Of a DNA stretch of 64,000 nt, positions 48,876-62,210 are shown piece by piece; position 1 is the stretch's first letter, and each line of letters opens with the position of its first letter. Origin of the DNA: Octopus bimaculoides (Eukaryota); assembly GCF_001194135.2 (NCBI RefSeq), contig NC_068987.1:11415249-11479248 (forward strand), given 5' to 3'. The notes beneath the pieces are model-generated. The model saw only the letters and a list, made by a program, of their open reading frames with translations. It was not told the origin of the DNA and ran no database searches. A program made the translations under genes and the position numbers.

Positions 48876-49250
48876 ATCGCAGGCATGACTATACGGTAAT
48901 GAGTTTACCTCCCAGTCACATGGTTCCCGGTTCAGTCCCATAGCTTGGCACCGTGAGCATGTCTTCTACTATAGCTTCAGGACGACCAAAGACTTGTGGG
49001 TGCGTTTCATGGACGGAAACTGGAAGAAGCCCGTGTTGTGTCTGTGTGTCCCCCCTCCACCCGTTTGACAAGCGGTGTTGGTGTGTTTATGTCCTCCATA
49101 ACCTAGTGATACGGGAAAACTGGCCAATGGAATAAGTACCAGGCTTTAAAAAAAAATGAATAAGTTCTGAGGTCGATTCATTCAACTAAAACTCTTTCAA
49201 GGCGGTACCCCTGCATGACCGTTGTCAAATGACTGAAACAAGTAAAAGAT
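48876..49250 (+). mobile_element. SINE family A
   Basis: Colinear with the family consensus; diverged head. Confidence 0.8.
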
Positions 49251-49507
49251 ATATATATATGTGTGTGTGTTTGTGTATGTTAAGAAGTGGCGGTCAACCG
49301 GATAACGTCCATAGTTACAGGTCACTGGACTGGCTTAAATAAACTTGCACTTTACGTTTGTCTTGATTCTCCGGTTCGTTACCCTACATTGTATATGGGT
49401 TTGTGTGTGTGTATTATTACTTACGATCATACGTATAATATAACTGGTATGAACTAAAAATGCACTTGTTCTTTAATATGGGTTCATACACCAATTTAGA
49501 TTTTTTT

Positions 49508-49548
<41 letters not shown>

Positions 49549-49552
<4 letters not shown>

Positions 49553-49645
49553 TCAAAAACACAATAACAAAAAAACAAAACAACAACAAAGTGAGGACGT
49601 GATATGGATAGTATTATTGGACGCTCAGGAAAGGAAAGAGAGATG
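49549..49645 (-). mobile_element. Truncated fragment of the family at 14085-14265
   Basis: gtgaggacgtgatatggatagtattattggacgctcaggaaaggaaag aligns by eye with gtaaggatgtggtacatgcaaagtattaataagatgctcagagaaggaaag (reverse complement of 14165-14220). Confidence 0.45.
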
Positions 49646-49820
49646 GTCAAATATGTGAACTCGCATCATTTTGTCATCTCTTCAAGTTTTCGCTGTGATA
49701 AGAAAAGCAATAAGGCCAAGGGACACAACTCAGTTGGCTAGAAAATGTTTTACACTGTGCGCGCGCGTGTGTGTGTGTGTGTGTAACAGCAGAACACTGA
49801 AGAATGTGTTATAATCATAT

Positions 49821-50200
49821 TTACTCTTTTACTCGTTTCAGTTATATGACTGTGGCCATGCTGGAGCACCGCCTTTAGTCGCGCAAATCAACCCCAGGAC
49901 TTATTCTTTGTAAGCCTAGTACTTATTCTATCGGTTTTTTTTGCCGAACCGCTAGTTTACGGGGACGTAAACACACCAGCATCGGTTGTCAAGCGATATG
50001 GGGCGGGGGACAAACAAACACACACACACACACACATACACACGACGGGTTCTTTCAGTTTCCGTCTACCAAATCCACTCACAAGGCTTTGGTCGGCCCG
50101 AAGCTATATAGTCGTCGACACTTACCCAAAGTGCCGCGCAGTGGGACTGAACCCGGAACCATGTGGCTGGCAAGCAAGCTACTTACCACAAAGTCACTCA
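49821..50200 (-). mobile_element. SINE family A, young copy
   Basis: Retains many CpGs; reverse complement of the consensus. Confidence 0.88.
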
Positions 50201-50474
50201 TAAATATAAATAATTATCTAAATAATATTGAAGTAGATTTTATAACCCAAGCTATTTAAAAATTGTAAAAGTTTCTTTCACTTCCACACTTAACAGAGGA
50301 AATTTTATAACTTCAAATTATTCAAATTTGTTTGTTTATAAGTGTTAGTAAACTAGATATAAATTACATTTCATATAAAATCATTCATGTAAGTTTAAAT
50401 ATAGCTATTTTGATAAATAAACTAAATATATTTAAATGTCTTTTGAAGTCCTTTATACAGTCTCTGTTAGGTGT

Positions 50475-50531
<57 letters not shown>

Positions 50532-51804
50532 AACAGGAAAATGGTGATTGTTTATGTTGGCAAAAATCCTTTGATCACGTTCGCAAATTTGGATTAGAGT
50601 GTATTGTATGGGAACACACTGTTTATACAGTATGAAAACTTGATCCAAATTTGTTAAAAATCTAGTGTGTTATCTCTATTTCTTTGAACATAACCATGTA
50701 TTTTACTGCATAGTTGTATATAACTTTTAAGTGCTTGTGGCATATTATTTCTCATTATCGGCATATTAATTATTGGAAACATGAAGTTACACAGTTATAT
50801 AAATTTACTGACAGTAAATCAGTCACTAATCTCAGTTTTCAATTTTTTGTGCAGCTGTAGCTGTATGTTTGCGTTGCATACATACATATATGCACAAGTA
50901 TGCACATATCTATCGTTTATGTTATTTATATAAACAAGGTAGAAGTGATATATTTTGTTTCTATGCATGTATTATAATAAGAACGTTTGTTGTCAATCAC
51001 TTCGAAATTTCAGAACAATGAATTTGTACTCAACAAAAGTATGGAGTAGCTCATCAGATTAATATAAAATTGTTTTTATTATAGCTAAACATAAAAGCAA
51101 ACAAAAACAACACTATATATATATATATATATATAATGATGATTTTATATATCGCCTTACTGGCACTCATACCGGTAGCATGTGAACAAAACATTGGACT
51201 TACTCCTGTGCAGGTGGCACGTAAAAAAAAAAACATCATTTGAGCGTGGCCATTGCCAGTACCACCGGACTGGCCCTCGTGCCAGTGGCATGTAAAAAGC
51301 ACCCACTACATTCTCGGAGCGGTTGGCGTTAAGAAGGGCATCCAGCTGTAGAAACTCTACCAGATCAGGTTCGAGTCTGGTGTAGCCATCTGGTTCGCCA
51401 GTCCCCAGTGAAATCGTCCAACCCATACTAGCATAGATGTTTACTGTCAACTTACTGTGACAGACCCGTTCAGGGAATCATACTGCTGTTATTTAGCCCT
51501 AGGAAGCTAGAGCGCTTCCTGTTGGCCCTGACACATTTCCTGTGTCCTTATATTTGTNNNNNNNNNNNNNNNNNNNNNNNNNNNNNNNNNNNNNNNNNNN
51601 NNNNNNNNNNNNNNNNNNNNNATATATAATGATGATTTTATATATACAGCAATAATTTCTTTATTCTTTAAAATTTGAGATCTGTATTTGATTTGCCTAA
51701 TTGCATGGTTATTCTCTGAAAATTTATATGTTCATCAACTCCTTCGTAGATATCCATGATATTTTTTGTACTCCTGTATTAATGATATAACTTCTATGGT
51801 AGCA

Positions 51805-52545
51805 GACTAGCTACAATTAGTACTGTAGCTCATGTATTTAGCTCTTGCTAATATATTGGGTTGTCCAGAAAGTTCGTGCCGATTTATAGTAGATTACCTT
51901 TCGACTTATTTGCCATGAAACCACCTCAGTTTTGGGAAGAGGGTATTTTCTAGTTAAAGGAAAGATAGAGACGCATTGTGCAACAAAATGGTTCATATTT
52001 GGTTGATTAAAAATGTAATGGCAAGTATTTATTGACCTTTTTCTTTCCTTTAAAAGATCGGCACGCACTTTCCAGACAACCCAATAGTTCCTGTATCTAC
52101 CTACACTTGGTAATATAGCTCTTGTGTTCAGCTACACTTGGCGACAGTTTTGCATCTAGCTACACTTGGTGGTATAGTTCCTGTGTCTAGTTACACTTGG
52201 CGATATAGTTTTTGTGTGTCTATAGCAGTGAGCTGGCAGAATCATTAGCACACCAGGCAAAATGTATGGTGGCATATCATCCATCTTTATGTTCTGAGTT
52301 CAAATTCCACCATGGTTGACTTTGCCTCTAATCCTTTCAGGATCTATAAAATAAGTACCAGTTGAAAATTGAGGTCAGTGTAATCAACTTATTCCCTCCC
52401 CTGAAATTGCTGGCCATGGTGTCAAAATTTGAAACCAATATCATTTGTGTCTATCTGCACTTAGTAGTACAGTTCCCGTTTAAGTACACTTTGCAATATA
52501 ATTCCTGTGTCTATCTACACTTGGTAATATAGGTCCTGCAGCTAG
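51805..52545. repeat. About 30-31-bp minisatellite (TAGTTCCTGTGTCTAGCTACACTTGGTAATA), interrupted by a mariner MITE and a SINE
   Basis: About 9-10 diverged units sharing ctacacttgg, at 52085-52220 and 52440-52545, with degenerate units at 51805-51855. Confidence 0.75.
51856..52084. mobile_element. Mariner-type non-autonomous element (MITE)
   Basis: TIRs TTGGGTTGTCCAGAAAGTTCGTGCCGAT / ATCGGCACGCACTTTCCAGACAACCCAA, flanked by TA on both sides. Confidence 0.85.
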
Positions 52546-52965
52546 TAAGATACTCTGTTTACCTGCATATAAATTGCATTATTTTATACTTCATTTTAAC
52601 TAGGGCATAATTTTTTTTTTAAACTGGAGTGCGACTCGACTTATACAGGGGGCAAAGCTGAAACTACATAGGGAAATAATTTGGCACTAAGATTTAACAC
52701 TAGAATGGGGATAGGACTTCAACAGTAGCTTTTGTAGTAGGTGTCTAACTGTAATAGTCTGTTCTGTGACAAATATTTTAACTGTAATAGTCAGTGTTGT
52801 CACACAACTTTCATTCAAAACTGAACAATTTATTTTCTTCGCAATACAACTGCTTTATATAATTTGTTTTCTATCTCAATTTCCCCCTCCCTCTCTCTCC
52901 CTCGTTTTATCACCTTTTTTTACTAATTTTTTATTTCCCAACTTTTATGCTATTGATTTTGTAGG

Positions 52966-53343
52966 TAGGTAGGTAGGTAGGCAGGCAGGCAGGTAGGTAA
53001 GAGAAAATAGAGAGAGAGGGGGGAGAAAAGGAGATAGAGAGACAACGATAGATAGATTGGTAGATAGGGAGATAGATAGGCAGGTAGATAGATAGATTGA
53101 CAGGTAGAAACATTAGCACACCAGGCAAAATGCTAAGCGGTATTTCGTCTGCTGTTACGTTCTGAGTTCAAATTCCACCAAGGTCGACTTTGCCTTTCAT
53201 CCTTCCGGGGTCGATAAATTAAGTACCAGTTACGCACTGGGGTCGATGTAATCGACTTAATCTCCTTGTTTGTCCCCTCTATGTTTAGCCCCTTGTGGGC
53301 AACAAAGAAATAAGATAGATAGGCAGGCAGGTAGGTAGGTAGG

Positions 53344-53386
<43 letters not shown>

Positions 53387-53410
53387 GCAGGTAAGTGGGT
53401 AGGTAGGTAT
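52966..53410. repeat. (GTAG)/(GCAG)/(GATA)n tract split by a family B SINE
   Basis: Direct reading. Confidence 0.85.
53111..53314 (+). mobile_element. SINE family B (central motif gcctttcatcc..ggggtcgataaattaagtaccag)
   Basis: Near-identical copy at about 12150-12335; others at about 6420-6632, 18200-18410, 40800-41220 (tandem), 52222-52440, 59270-59830 (tandem) and 63270-63410. Confidence 0.8.
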
Positions 53411-53838
53411 GTAGAGAGACAGATGTGTTTAAGCTTCTGTAAACACTTCTTTTTTCTTGTTATGAGAAATCACTGACCATCCTGTTTTTGAGTGCCATCT
53501 ATTCTATTCTCACACCTGTCTGTGATTAGCTTTCTATGACTATGAGCTTAGAACACAAATGTTTGTTGTGTCTTACAATTACCTTTACAGTTATTTCCTA
53601 TTATAATTTTTCAGGCTTTCTTTTTTTCTTTTCTTTCCTTTTCTTCTGTCCTTTTTTCCCCATTAATATGTATGTGTGTGTGTGTGCTGAAATTTCAAAA
53701 AAATTTATGTGTTCTCCAAGAGTATAAATTCAGGCTACCATTTATTTTTTCATCAGGATATGGAGAGACAACTACACTGGTGTTTCAAAACAAGTCAGGA
53801 AAAGTGGGGACTGAGCATTTGATCATATTAACAAATGA

Positions 53839-53872
<34 letters not shown>

Positions 53873-56391
53873 CCATCTCTTCCCTTTAATTTTGCAATGT
53901 ATAAAAAAGAAGCTTAATTTAGCAGAAGTGCTTTCATTAGACAGTTAGTTATAAGATAATCCTGGCTATTTCACCATGCTATCACATTAAAATCTTTACA
54001 TAGATATCTGTGTGTGTGTGTGTGTGTTGGTATATGTTGTTGCCTTTTAAATTCCTGTTAATAATTTGCTCGCACTCACATGTGACTACACATGCTATGC
54101 TCTCATCTACTTGGATCTGTGTAATAGTTTCAGTTATAGGACGATGGTCATGCTGGAGCATTGCCTTAACCCTTTAGCATTCAGATTTCTTTGCCAAATA
54201 TAATGCTTGTCTATTCACATTGTTTTGAATTAATCGCACATAAACTTGTAGCTTCAAGATTTCAATGGTGTATTTGTATATTTTTAGAACGACATTGTAG
54301 GGTAGGTGTGAGATGTTGGATCTTGTCAGTTTTTACATAAAGCAGGTAGAATATTTGGCCTGGATATGGCCAGATTAACTTAAAGAGATCTAAATTCAAA
54401 TTTTCCATCGAAATTTCATGATAATTTAGCATTTAAACCTGCCAGATCCAGCCTATCACACCTACCCCTCAATGCCATTCTAAAATTATACAATCAGTTC
54501 ATCGAAATTTCGAAGCTATGAGATAATGCACGATTATTTAAAAACAGTGTTAATGAAAAAGCGCTATATTTGAGTGAAAAATCTGAATGCCAAAGAGTTA
54601 AGTTCCATGCGCCAACTTAATAAGGACAAAATTATTGTGGTAAATTCTTAATTATTTTAAAAATTAATTGAAACAAAAGCTGTATATTTCAGCAGAAATA
54701 TGGTAATGAAAGTGTTAATGCTGTGGTAAAATGCATCTGCTGTTCATTACTGAGGCCTGTTTACAGCCATTTAACTTTATCACATAGCTCTTTCCTATAA
54801 CTACGAAGACTTGTACAACCACAAGCATCACCTATGAATAAGCAAGCTTTGTGCCAATGCAGAGATATTCTAATAGACATTATATAGTATCTTACTTTGT
54901 AATTCTGTATTCATTGTTTCTAAGTCCACTGAGGTTTACTTTGTCTTTCATCTATGAGAGATCAATGAGATATCTGCCAATAAGATAGGTATTCAGATGA
55001 TTATATTAATTTTTCTCCCTTTGCCGCAAAAAAGAAACCAAAAAAAAAAAAAACCCAAATAAGCAAAACGCAAAGGAGAAAAGAAAATTATCATGAAATT
55101 GTTGTTTGGTAAGCTCCCAGCAACCTTAGTTTAGGGATCAGCTTTAATTCCCAGGTGAATTTGTTTCTCTTGCAATGCTTTTTCATCAACATCACACAGT
55201 CTTATTCTACTGTAAAATTCTTGACAATATACATACGCAAGAACTTTTTTTTTTTATGCTAGAATTTTTGTCTTGAATTTCAAGATACTTGTTCTCATGA
55301 AACAAATAGATATGTCTCTCTCTCTCTCTCTATACATATATATGTGTGTATATTTACGCACGTCTACACACAAACGCCTACACATATATTTGCTTACACA
55401 CATTTACCCACACATGTATATATTTGCTTGTACATGTATATACTCATACACACACATACATGTATGTATATATATATATATATACTCATCCACATGTATA
55501 CATATATAGTATGTATATACATATGTATGTAAAGTGATAGCTGAGTAAATACTAACTTGTAAACTGATTTTTACTGTTTAGTGTGATCATTGAGAGACAT
55601 TTATCAAAATTAGTTTTTAGTTGGTTGGTGAAGGTGGTGGAATTACAAATTGCTTTTCTGTTAATCTCCTAATGCATTCTCTTTCTCAATAAATTCTTAA
55701 TTATCAATCAACACTAGGATTTAGATAAACCCATATTTTTCTGTACAGCATCAGTGTTGGTAAAAACAAGCAAGCAAAGAAGGAAAACAAAACAGTTGTT
55801 TTTAATGAACTCATATCTTTGTAGTTTCATTAAGCCTAACTCTCTCTCTCTCCTTTTGCTTTTTTTTTTTTGCTTTTTTTTTTTTTGCTTTTTTTTTCTA
55901 TTTCAAAAGCTTTTGTCATTATTATCTTCTGTATTATAAAGATAACATTTATACAAATTCAATTATCTTGAAATTTTATTTTTGTTTTGGAGCAATTTAA
56001 TCCCAATAGCCAGATCTTGGATAATATTCGCAGTAGGAAGCGAAAATAAAAAGAGGCTTTGTTTCTTACCGTTTGTTAGATATTCCAAAGCATGAAGCAA
56101 AAACCTCCTCCTTTGGCTCCATATTTTTTTTTTCCCTTCCACTTTGCTTTTTTTCCCTTCCACAGATGGCTTGGTAGGAAACCAAGCTTAAACATTTTTA
56201 TAGTATCTAGTGCAGTGCTTGCTTCACATAAAGTTCAGCTTCAGGCCGTTTTGTGGGGTTCGAGGTGTCAATAAAATAATCACCATTGAAATATTATTTT
56301 ACAAGATTGCATATGAATATCACAGAAACATATTGGACAAAATACACGCCTTCTTAGTATTTTTGTCGATATACAACCGTTGCCTTTTATG

Positions 56392-56600
56392 ATACAGTTC
56401 TATATTTGTGAGATGAGGAATTGATATTGTATACACTGTTTATGTTAAGTCAGACTGGTGGTCTCATCTTGATTGTTGCTGTCACTACATTTCAGCTGTT
56501 GTATGCTCCAGCCTTCTTCAGGTGTTTTGCGTTGAACTCGGTAGTTGCATCGGAATTTCAATACAACAACTAAGTCCAACACAAGACACCTGAAGAGTCA
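56392..56600. mobile_element. Older copy of the same Penelope-like family
   Basis: Starts with tacagttctatattt..agatgaggaatt like the 24675 copy; hammerhead on the minus strand and an inverted partial copy aagacacctgaaga at 56583-56596. Confidence 0.6.
56481..56528 (-). ncRNA. Minimal hammerhead motif, minus strand
   Basis: Reverse complement reads AAAACAC-CTGAAGA-A-GGCTG-gagcatacaa-CAGCT-GAAA-TG-TA-GTGAC. Stem I is only 3 bp; the GUA triplet is retained. Confidence 0.5.
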
Positions 56601-57294
56601 AATGCTGTTGTAATTAGATATGATTATTCAACCCTGCCAGGCTATAAGAATAAGTGCAAATAGGATGTTACTTATTTCTTTATTGCTCACATGGAGCTAA
56701 ACATAGAGGGGACAAACAAGGACAGACAGAGGGATTAAGTCGATTACATCGACCCCCCCAGTGCAAGTAGGATGTTACTGAGCTTTATTTACTGAACTGT
56801 ATCCCTTCCTTCTTGCAGAAATTAGCATTGAACTTAGTCAAATGGTTGAGTATTGGGGTAGCATTTTAGCTTAATCGTCTCCATTCTGAGTTCAAATCTT
56901 AGTGAGGTTGAGGTTAACTCTGCATGTGATAGTGATAAAATAAATAGCAAAGCCCGTGCTGAGGTCGATTCAAATTAAGGAGGCATTTTAATGAAGCAGT
57001 GATATAATAATTAACCTTTTAGCATTCAGATTAGTCTTTCAAATCTAATGCTCTATTCATATTGTTTTGAATTAATCCTATATCCTCTCGTAATTACAAG
57101 ATTCCAATGAGGTGATTGTATTTTTTTTTTTTATGACATTGTAGGGGAGGTGTGTGAGGTCAGATCTGGCCAGTTTGAACATAAACCGAGTAGAATATTT
57201 GGGCCGGATATGACCGGTTTAACACCTAAAGGGAACAGTCAGATCCAAAGAAGTTACACTTTTTCACAAGGGCACAGATAAAAGGAGCCATAAA

Positions 57295-57670
57295 AATTGG
57301 TTTGTGGTAAGAAGTTTGCTTCCAAACCACATGGTTCTTGGTTCAGTTCCACTATGCGGCACTTTGGACAAGTGTCTTTTACTATAGCTGTGAGCTGACC
57401 AAAGCCTTGTGAGTGAATCTGATTGAAAATTAATGGAGCCCTGTCATGTGTGTCTTTGTGTCTGTATTTGTTCTCCATCACTGCTTGACAACCAGTGTTG
57501 GTGTGTTTACATCCTCCATAACTTGGTGGTTCGGTAAAAGAGTCTAATAGGATAAATACTAAGTTTAAAAAAAAAAAAAATGTTCAGGGGTTAATTCAAC
57601 GAAAATGCTTCAAGGCAGTGCTGTAGAATGGCCACAGTCTAATGACTGAAGCAAGTAAAAGATAAAAGAC
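57295..57670 (+). mobile_element. SINE family A
   Basis: Colinear with the consensus. An opposite-strand copy lies at about 58620-58985. Confidence 0.8.
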
Positions 57671-59845
57671 TATATCTATATCGACTTCCTCTGATACCAT
57701 GTTTGTATGAGTATGGCAGCATATATACACACAGTCTCGAAAGAATTTGGGGATAGAAGTATTCACTTTTACCAAGAACAAGCTAACAACAGAGAGAAGC
57801 CATAATATTTCCTGTTGTGGTTTCTTTCTTCAATTCTGCTGCTATCTCAGATGACGTCCTGGTTGGTATTCATTATTTAATCAGCTGTTCTGTTAGTATT
57901 TTACCTGACAGTAGCTAGTTCCCCCACCCCGCCTGTCAATATTTTAGATTCTGTTTGTTTTTGTTTTTTTTTTGTTTTTTTTTTTTTGTTTTCGATTATT
58001 TTCTCTCTCTCTTTCTCTCTCTCCTAAGCCTTGATGTTTCTTTCTTTTCCCTCTCATTTGTTCCTCTTTCAGTGAGTATGTATGTCTGTCCATCTCACAT
58101 ACACTCTTTCTCTCACTCTCTTCTTCAGATTGAGTTAACCAATCAGTTTGCCTCCCAGCTTCCTTCTAACCCCTCCCCCCTCGCTCTCTCTCTCTCCAGC
58201 AAGTTTTCTTTATATCTAACCATTCTTCCTTACAACTTTAGTCTTTCTCCTCTCTCTTCGCTTTATTGTATTCATAATATTGTACAAATTGAAAGAAAAA
58301 GTAATTATTCTAGGCTGTGGTTCAGAGAATTCTGGCTAATTGTTCTGAAACTGTTCAAGGAATTTTTTAACCTTTTCAATACAATTCACCCAAAACCATT
58401 TCATTTCATTTTACCAGCTTTTCCAAAACTATTTATTACAGTACCATTTTAAAATCTTAACTGAAATCTCGTTAGTGCGTAAATGATAATGAGATATTTC
58501 AGTTCAAAACAATATTATTATGAAAACTCTTATGTTGTGTTTCAAACACCAGTTTAATTTACCATTAAATTATATAAATAAAAATATAAAGTTTTATTTT
58601 AATTAAACTCTCACCATGTTCTCTCATCTTTTATCTTCATTAGATTGGGGCCATGCTGGGGCATCGCCTTGAAGGGTTTTAGTTGTACAAATCAACCCCG
58701 GTACTTGTTTTTTTTTTTTTTTTTTTTGAAGCCTGGTACTTTATCAGTCATTTTTACCAAACTGCTAAGTTGTGTGGAACCAACACCAACTGTCAAAGTG
58801 GGGTGGACGCAAACACACACACACACGGACAATGGGCTTCCACACAGTTTCCACTTACCAAATTCACTCATGGCATTAGTTGATCCAGGACTGTAGAAGA
58901 AGACTCTTGCCCAAAGTGCCAAGCAGTGGAACTGAACTTCAGACCACAGTTTTGTGAAGCAAGTTCTTGACTGTATAGCCTGGACTCAATAGCAGAATTT
59001 TAAAACTTTTTTGGGCAGACTTTATCCATGAAAAACAAATTGTGTTAAACTTAGTAATTGAATTTTTTTGATTTGGATTGCCTACATTCAATCCACTACA
59101 AGACGAGGGCCTCTGCATGTTCTCTCCGCCAACCACGGTCTGATGTGGAGGCCATGAATTTAAGCTTGTGACCATACTGGTTTGATGAGCTTACTCTGCC
59201 ACACTGGTTCGGCATGACTTGGCAGAGGGGTACAGTTTTTATACTCATACTCAGCAGTAGTTAAGTCGATTACATTGACCCCCAGGGCCTCAACTGGTAC
59301 TTATTTTATCGACACCAAAAGATTGAAAGGCAAAGTTGACCTCAGCAGTATTGGAACTCAGAATGTCAGGATGGACGAAATACCACTAAGCATTTTGCCC
59401 AGTGTTCTAACGATTCTGCCAGCTCACTGCCTTACGAATATGGTACAAGAAATATAAAAGACCCAGTTCTTTTGGCAATATGTCAGTGTTAAAATCTGTA
59501 ATAAAAATCATTTCAAATTTTGGCGCAAGGCCAATAAATTAAGTAAGGGTGTCAGTCAGTTACATCAACCCTGTGGTCAACTGGTACTTAATTTATCGAC
59601 CTCAGTGGAATTTGAACTCAGAAGAAACGCCACTCAGCATTTTGTCAGTTCACTGTCTTAATAACAATTAAGGGGAGAGGATTAGTCGATTACATCAACC
59701 CCACCAGTGTTCGTCTGGTACTTATTTTATTGACCTTGGTGGAATTTGAACTCAGAATGTAGCGACGGGCGAAATACCACTAAGCGTTTCATCCAGCGTG
59801 CTAATGACTCTGCCAGCTCACCACCTCAATGATAATAATAATAAT

Positions 59846-59882
<37 letters not shown>

Positions 59883-62210
59883 GTTTAACGTCCGCTTTCC
59901 ATGCTAGCATGGGTTGGACGATTTGACTGAGGACTGGTGAAACAGGATGGCAACACCAGGCTCCAATCTAATTTGGCAGAGTTTCTACAGCTGGATGCCC
60001 TTCCTAACGCCAACCACTCAGTGTAGTGGGTGCTTTTACGTGTCACCCGCACGAAAACGGCCAGAGTCACTGGCAACGATCTCACTCGAAAATCCTACGG
60101 GAGCCAGTCAGGCGGTACTGGCAACGGCCACGCTCAAAATGGTGCATCTCATGTGCCACCCGCACAAGAGCCAGTCCAGGAGCACTGGCAACGATCTTAC
60201 TTGGCTTGCCGGGTCTTCTCACGCACAGCACATTTCCAAAGGTCTCGGTCAGTAGTCATCGCCTCGGTGAGTAATAATAATAATTCTTTCTAGTGGAAGC
60301 ACAGCACCTCAAATTTAGGGGAAAGAATTAAGTCGATTACTTCGACCCCAGTGTAGAACTGGTACTTATTGAATCAACCCCGAAAGGATGCAAGGCAAAG
60401 AACATCATCATTATCATTGTCACCATTATGTAAAAACAAAGCTGATGATTATATTCCTTATAAGGAATAGCATTGTAATGATGTGCAAAATATATGGAGC
60501 TCAATATTGCCTCTGTGCTTACTCAATACACTTACAACATTAAAATATTATCAACGCTTCTGGATTTTTCTATTTCGTTTGGTTTTTTTGGGGGTTTTTT
60601 TTTAAAAATTTTATTTTCTTTTGGCACTGCGAAATGAAACGAAATCTATGTGAGATATAAACAGTGCTTGTTTTTATTTCACTTGTCATTCTCTACATCT
60701 AGTTACAAGTTGACATTATTGATCTTGCCTCACAAGAGTGAGTTTTCAACATTTTTCGTTTATTTATCCTTTTAGTATGCCTAAAATTATTACAGCTGAA
60801 AACACTAGTTCTTGTCAGATCAATGAGAAAAAGCTGCAGGATGCTTGAAGCTTGACTGCTACTTAAGATGAGTGATTGGTTTAGTATAATAAAACCCTCT
60901 TCATAATAATAATAATGATAATAATGTAATTGCTGTGATTGAATTGCCATAGCAACAAAAACTGGTTAAGTAAGGAGAATTGCTAAGCACTGTTCTTAGC
61001 TCAGGTATTTTCAAAAGGTTGTCTAAAATAGGGAGTTCATTCAATTAAGGTCTGTTGTATAAAAGGTGTGTTGTGTTGCATTATTTTGTTGTGCTGATTG
61101 GGTTTTTGTCTACAGCATTGAACAATGTCTTGTCATGTGATCACTGCTGGACAATTGACTGTCAGCAGTGACCAGACTCTCAGTCCAGTCTGGTCACTGC
61201 TGTAGATATCAGGCGTAGATTGTTGGGGTAGTTATTTTGTCTTGTGTGTTTTATCATTTCTTTTCAGCTATACATCTGCTTTTCCATGCTAGCATGGGTC
61301 GAACAAAGTTCATTGAGGCAAATCTTCTGTGGCTAGATGCCCTTCCTGTTGCCAACCCTTACCTTTTTCCAGGCAACATTGGAAATGAATAATACTGTTT
61401 GTGTGGCTTGCACACACACACACACACGGTCTTGAATTCAAATCTTCCTACAGGTTGAAAATAGATGAGTTCAAATCACTTGTCTTATCCTAGATAAACA
61501 ACATGGAGACACTATTAACAGTGGCTTCTCTGTCTGTCTGTCTCTCTCATGATTGAAGAAATTACAGGACAGCTTGTAACAAATATTATTTTTACACAGC
61601 AGTGTAAAAATTATTGGCCATGTGATATACACTTTATTCTGTCAGGAAAGCTCAATGAGATCAGTCTTGAATTCAACTCCAATATGTTGCCTCGTTGCCT
61701 TTGAAAGCAAATGACTTTGCATTTCTTTTGAAGTGTTAGCTTAAGATCTCATATGCAGTTCAAACAGTATCTTTAGCTCAGATCGGCTTGTCTGGAACTT
61801 CAGTAAGTTTGCAACTGGCTGCTTTGATACAGAAATGGACACGGTTGATATGTAAGCAGATTTAACAGGGAAAAAAAAAAAAAAAAACTGGCACTTTGTC
61901 GGTTATGAAAAAAAGGGTTCCAGTTGATTTGATCAACAGAACAACCTGCTCGTGAAATTACTGTGCAAGTGGCTGAGCACTCCACAAACACACGTACCTT
62001 TAACATACTTCTTAGGGAGATTCAGCATGACACGGGGTGTGGCAAGGCTGGACTCTTTGAAATAGAGTTACTACTCATTGTTGCCAGTTGATTGGACTGG
62101 AGCAACATGAAATGAAGTGTCGTGTTCAAGGACTCAGTACGTCGCTAGGTATTGAACTCACAACCCTACGATTACAAGCCGAATACCCTAATTGTGTTTC
62201 AATTGTTAAC

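Noticed and set aside
52085-52545. Regularly spaced about 30-bp repeats suggestive of CRISPR
   Set aside because: The units are contiguous and diverged, with no unique spacers and no cas genes, in a eukaryotic context.
57955-58452. Longest gap-free ORF (165 aa), with an amphipathic-looking tail LWFREFWLIVLKLFKEFFNLFN
   Set aside because: The first two thirds are T/C low-complexity sequence that lacks stops by composition. The acceptor at 58313 is weak, there is no good donor, and no homology is recognised.
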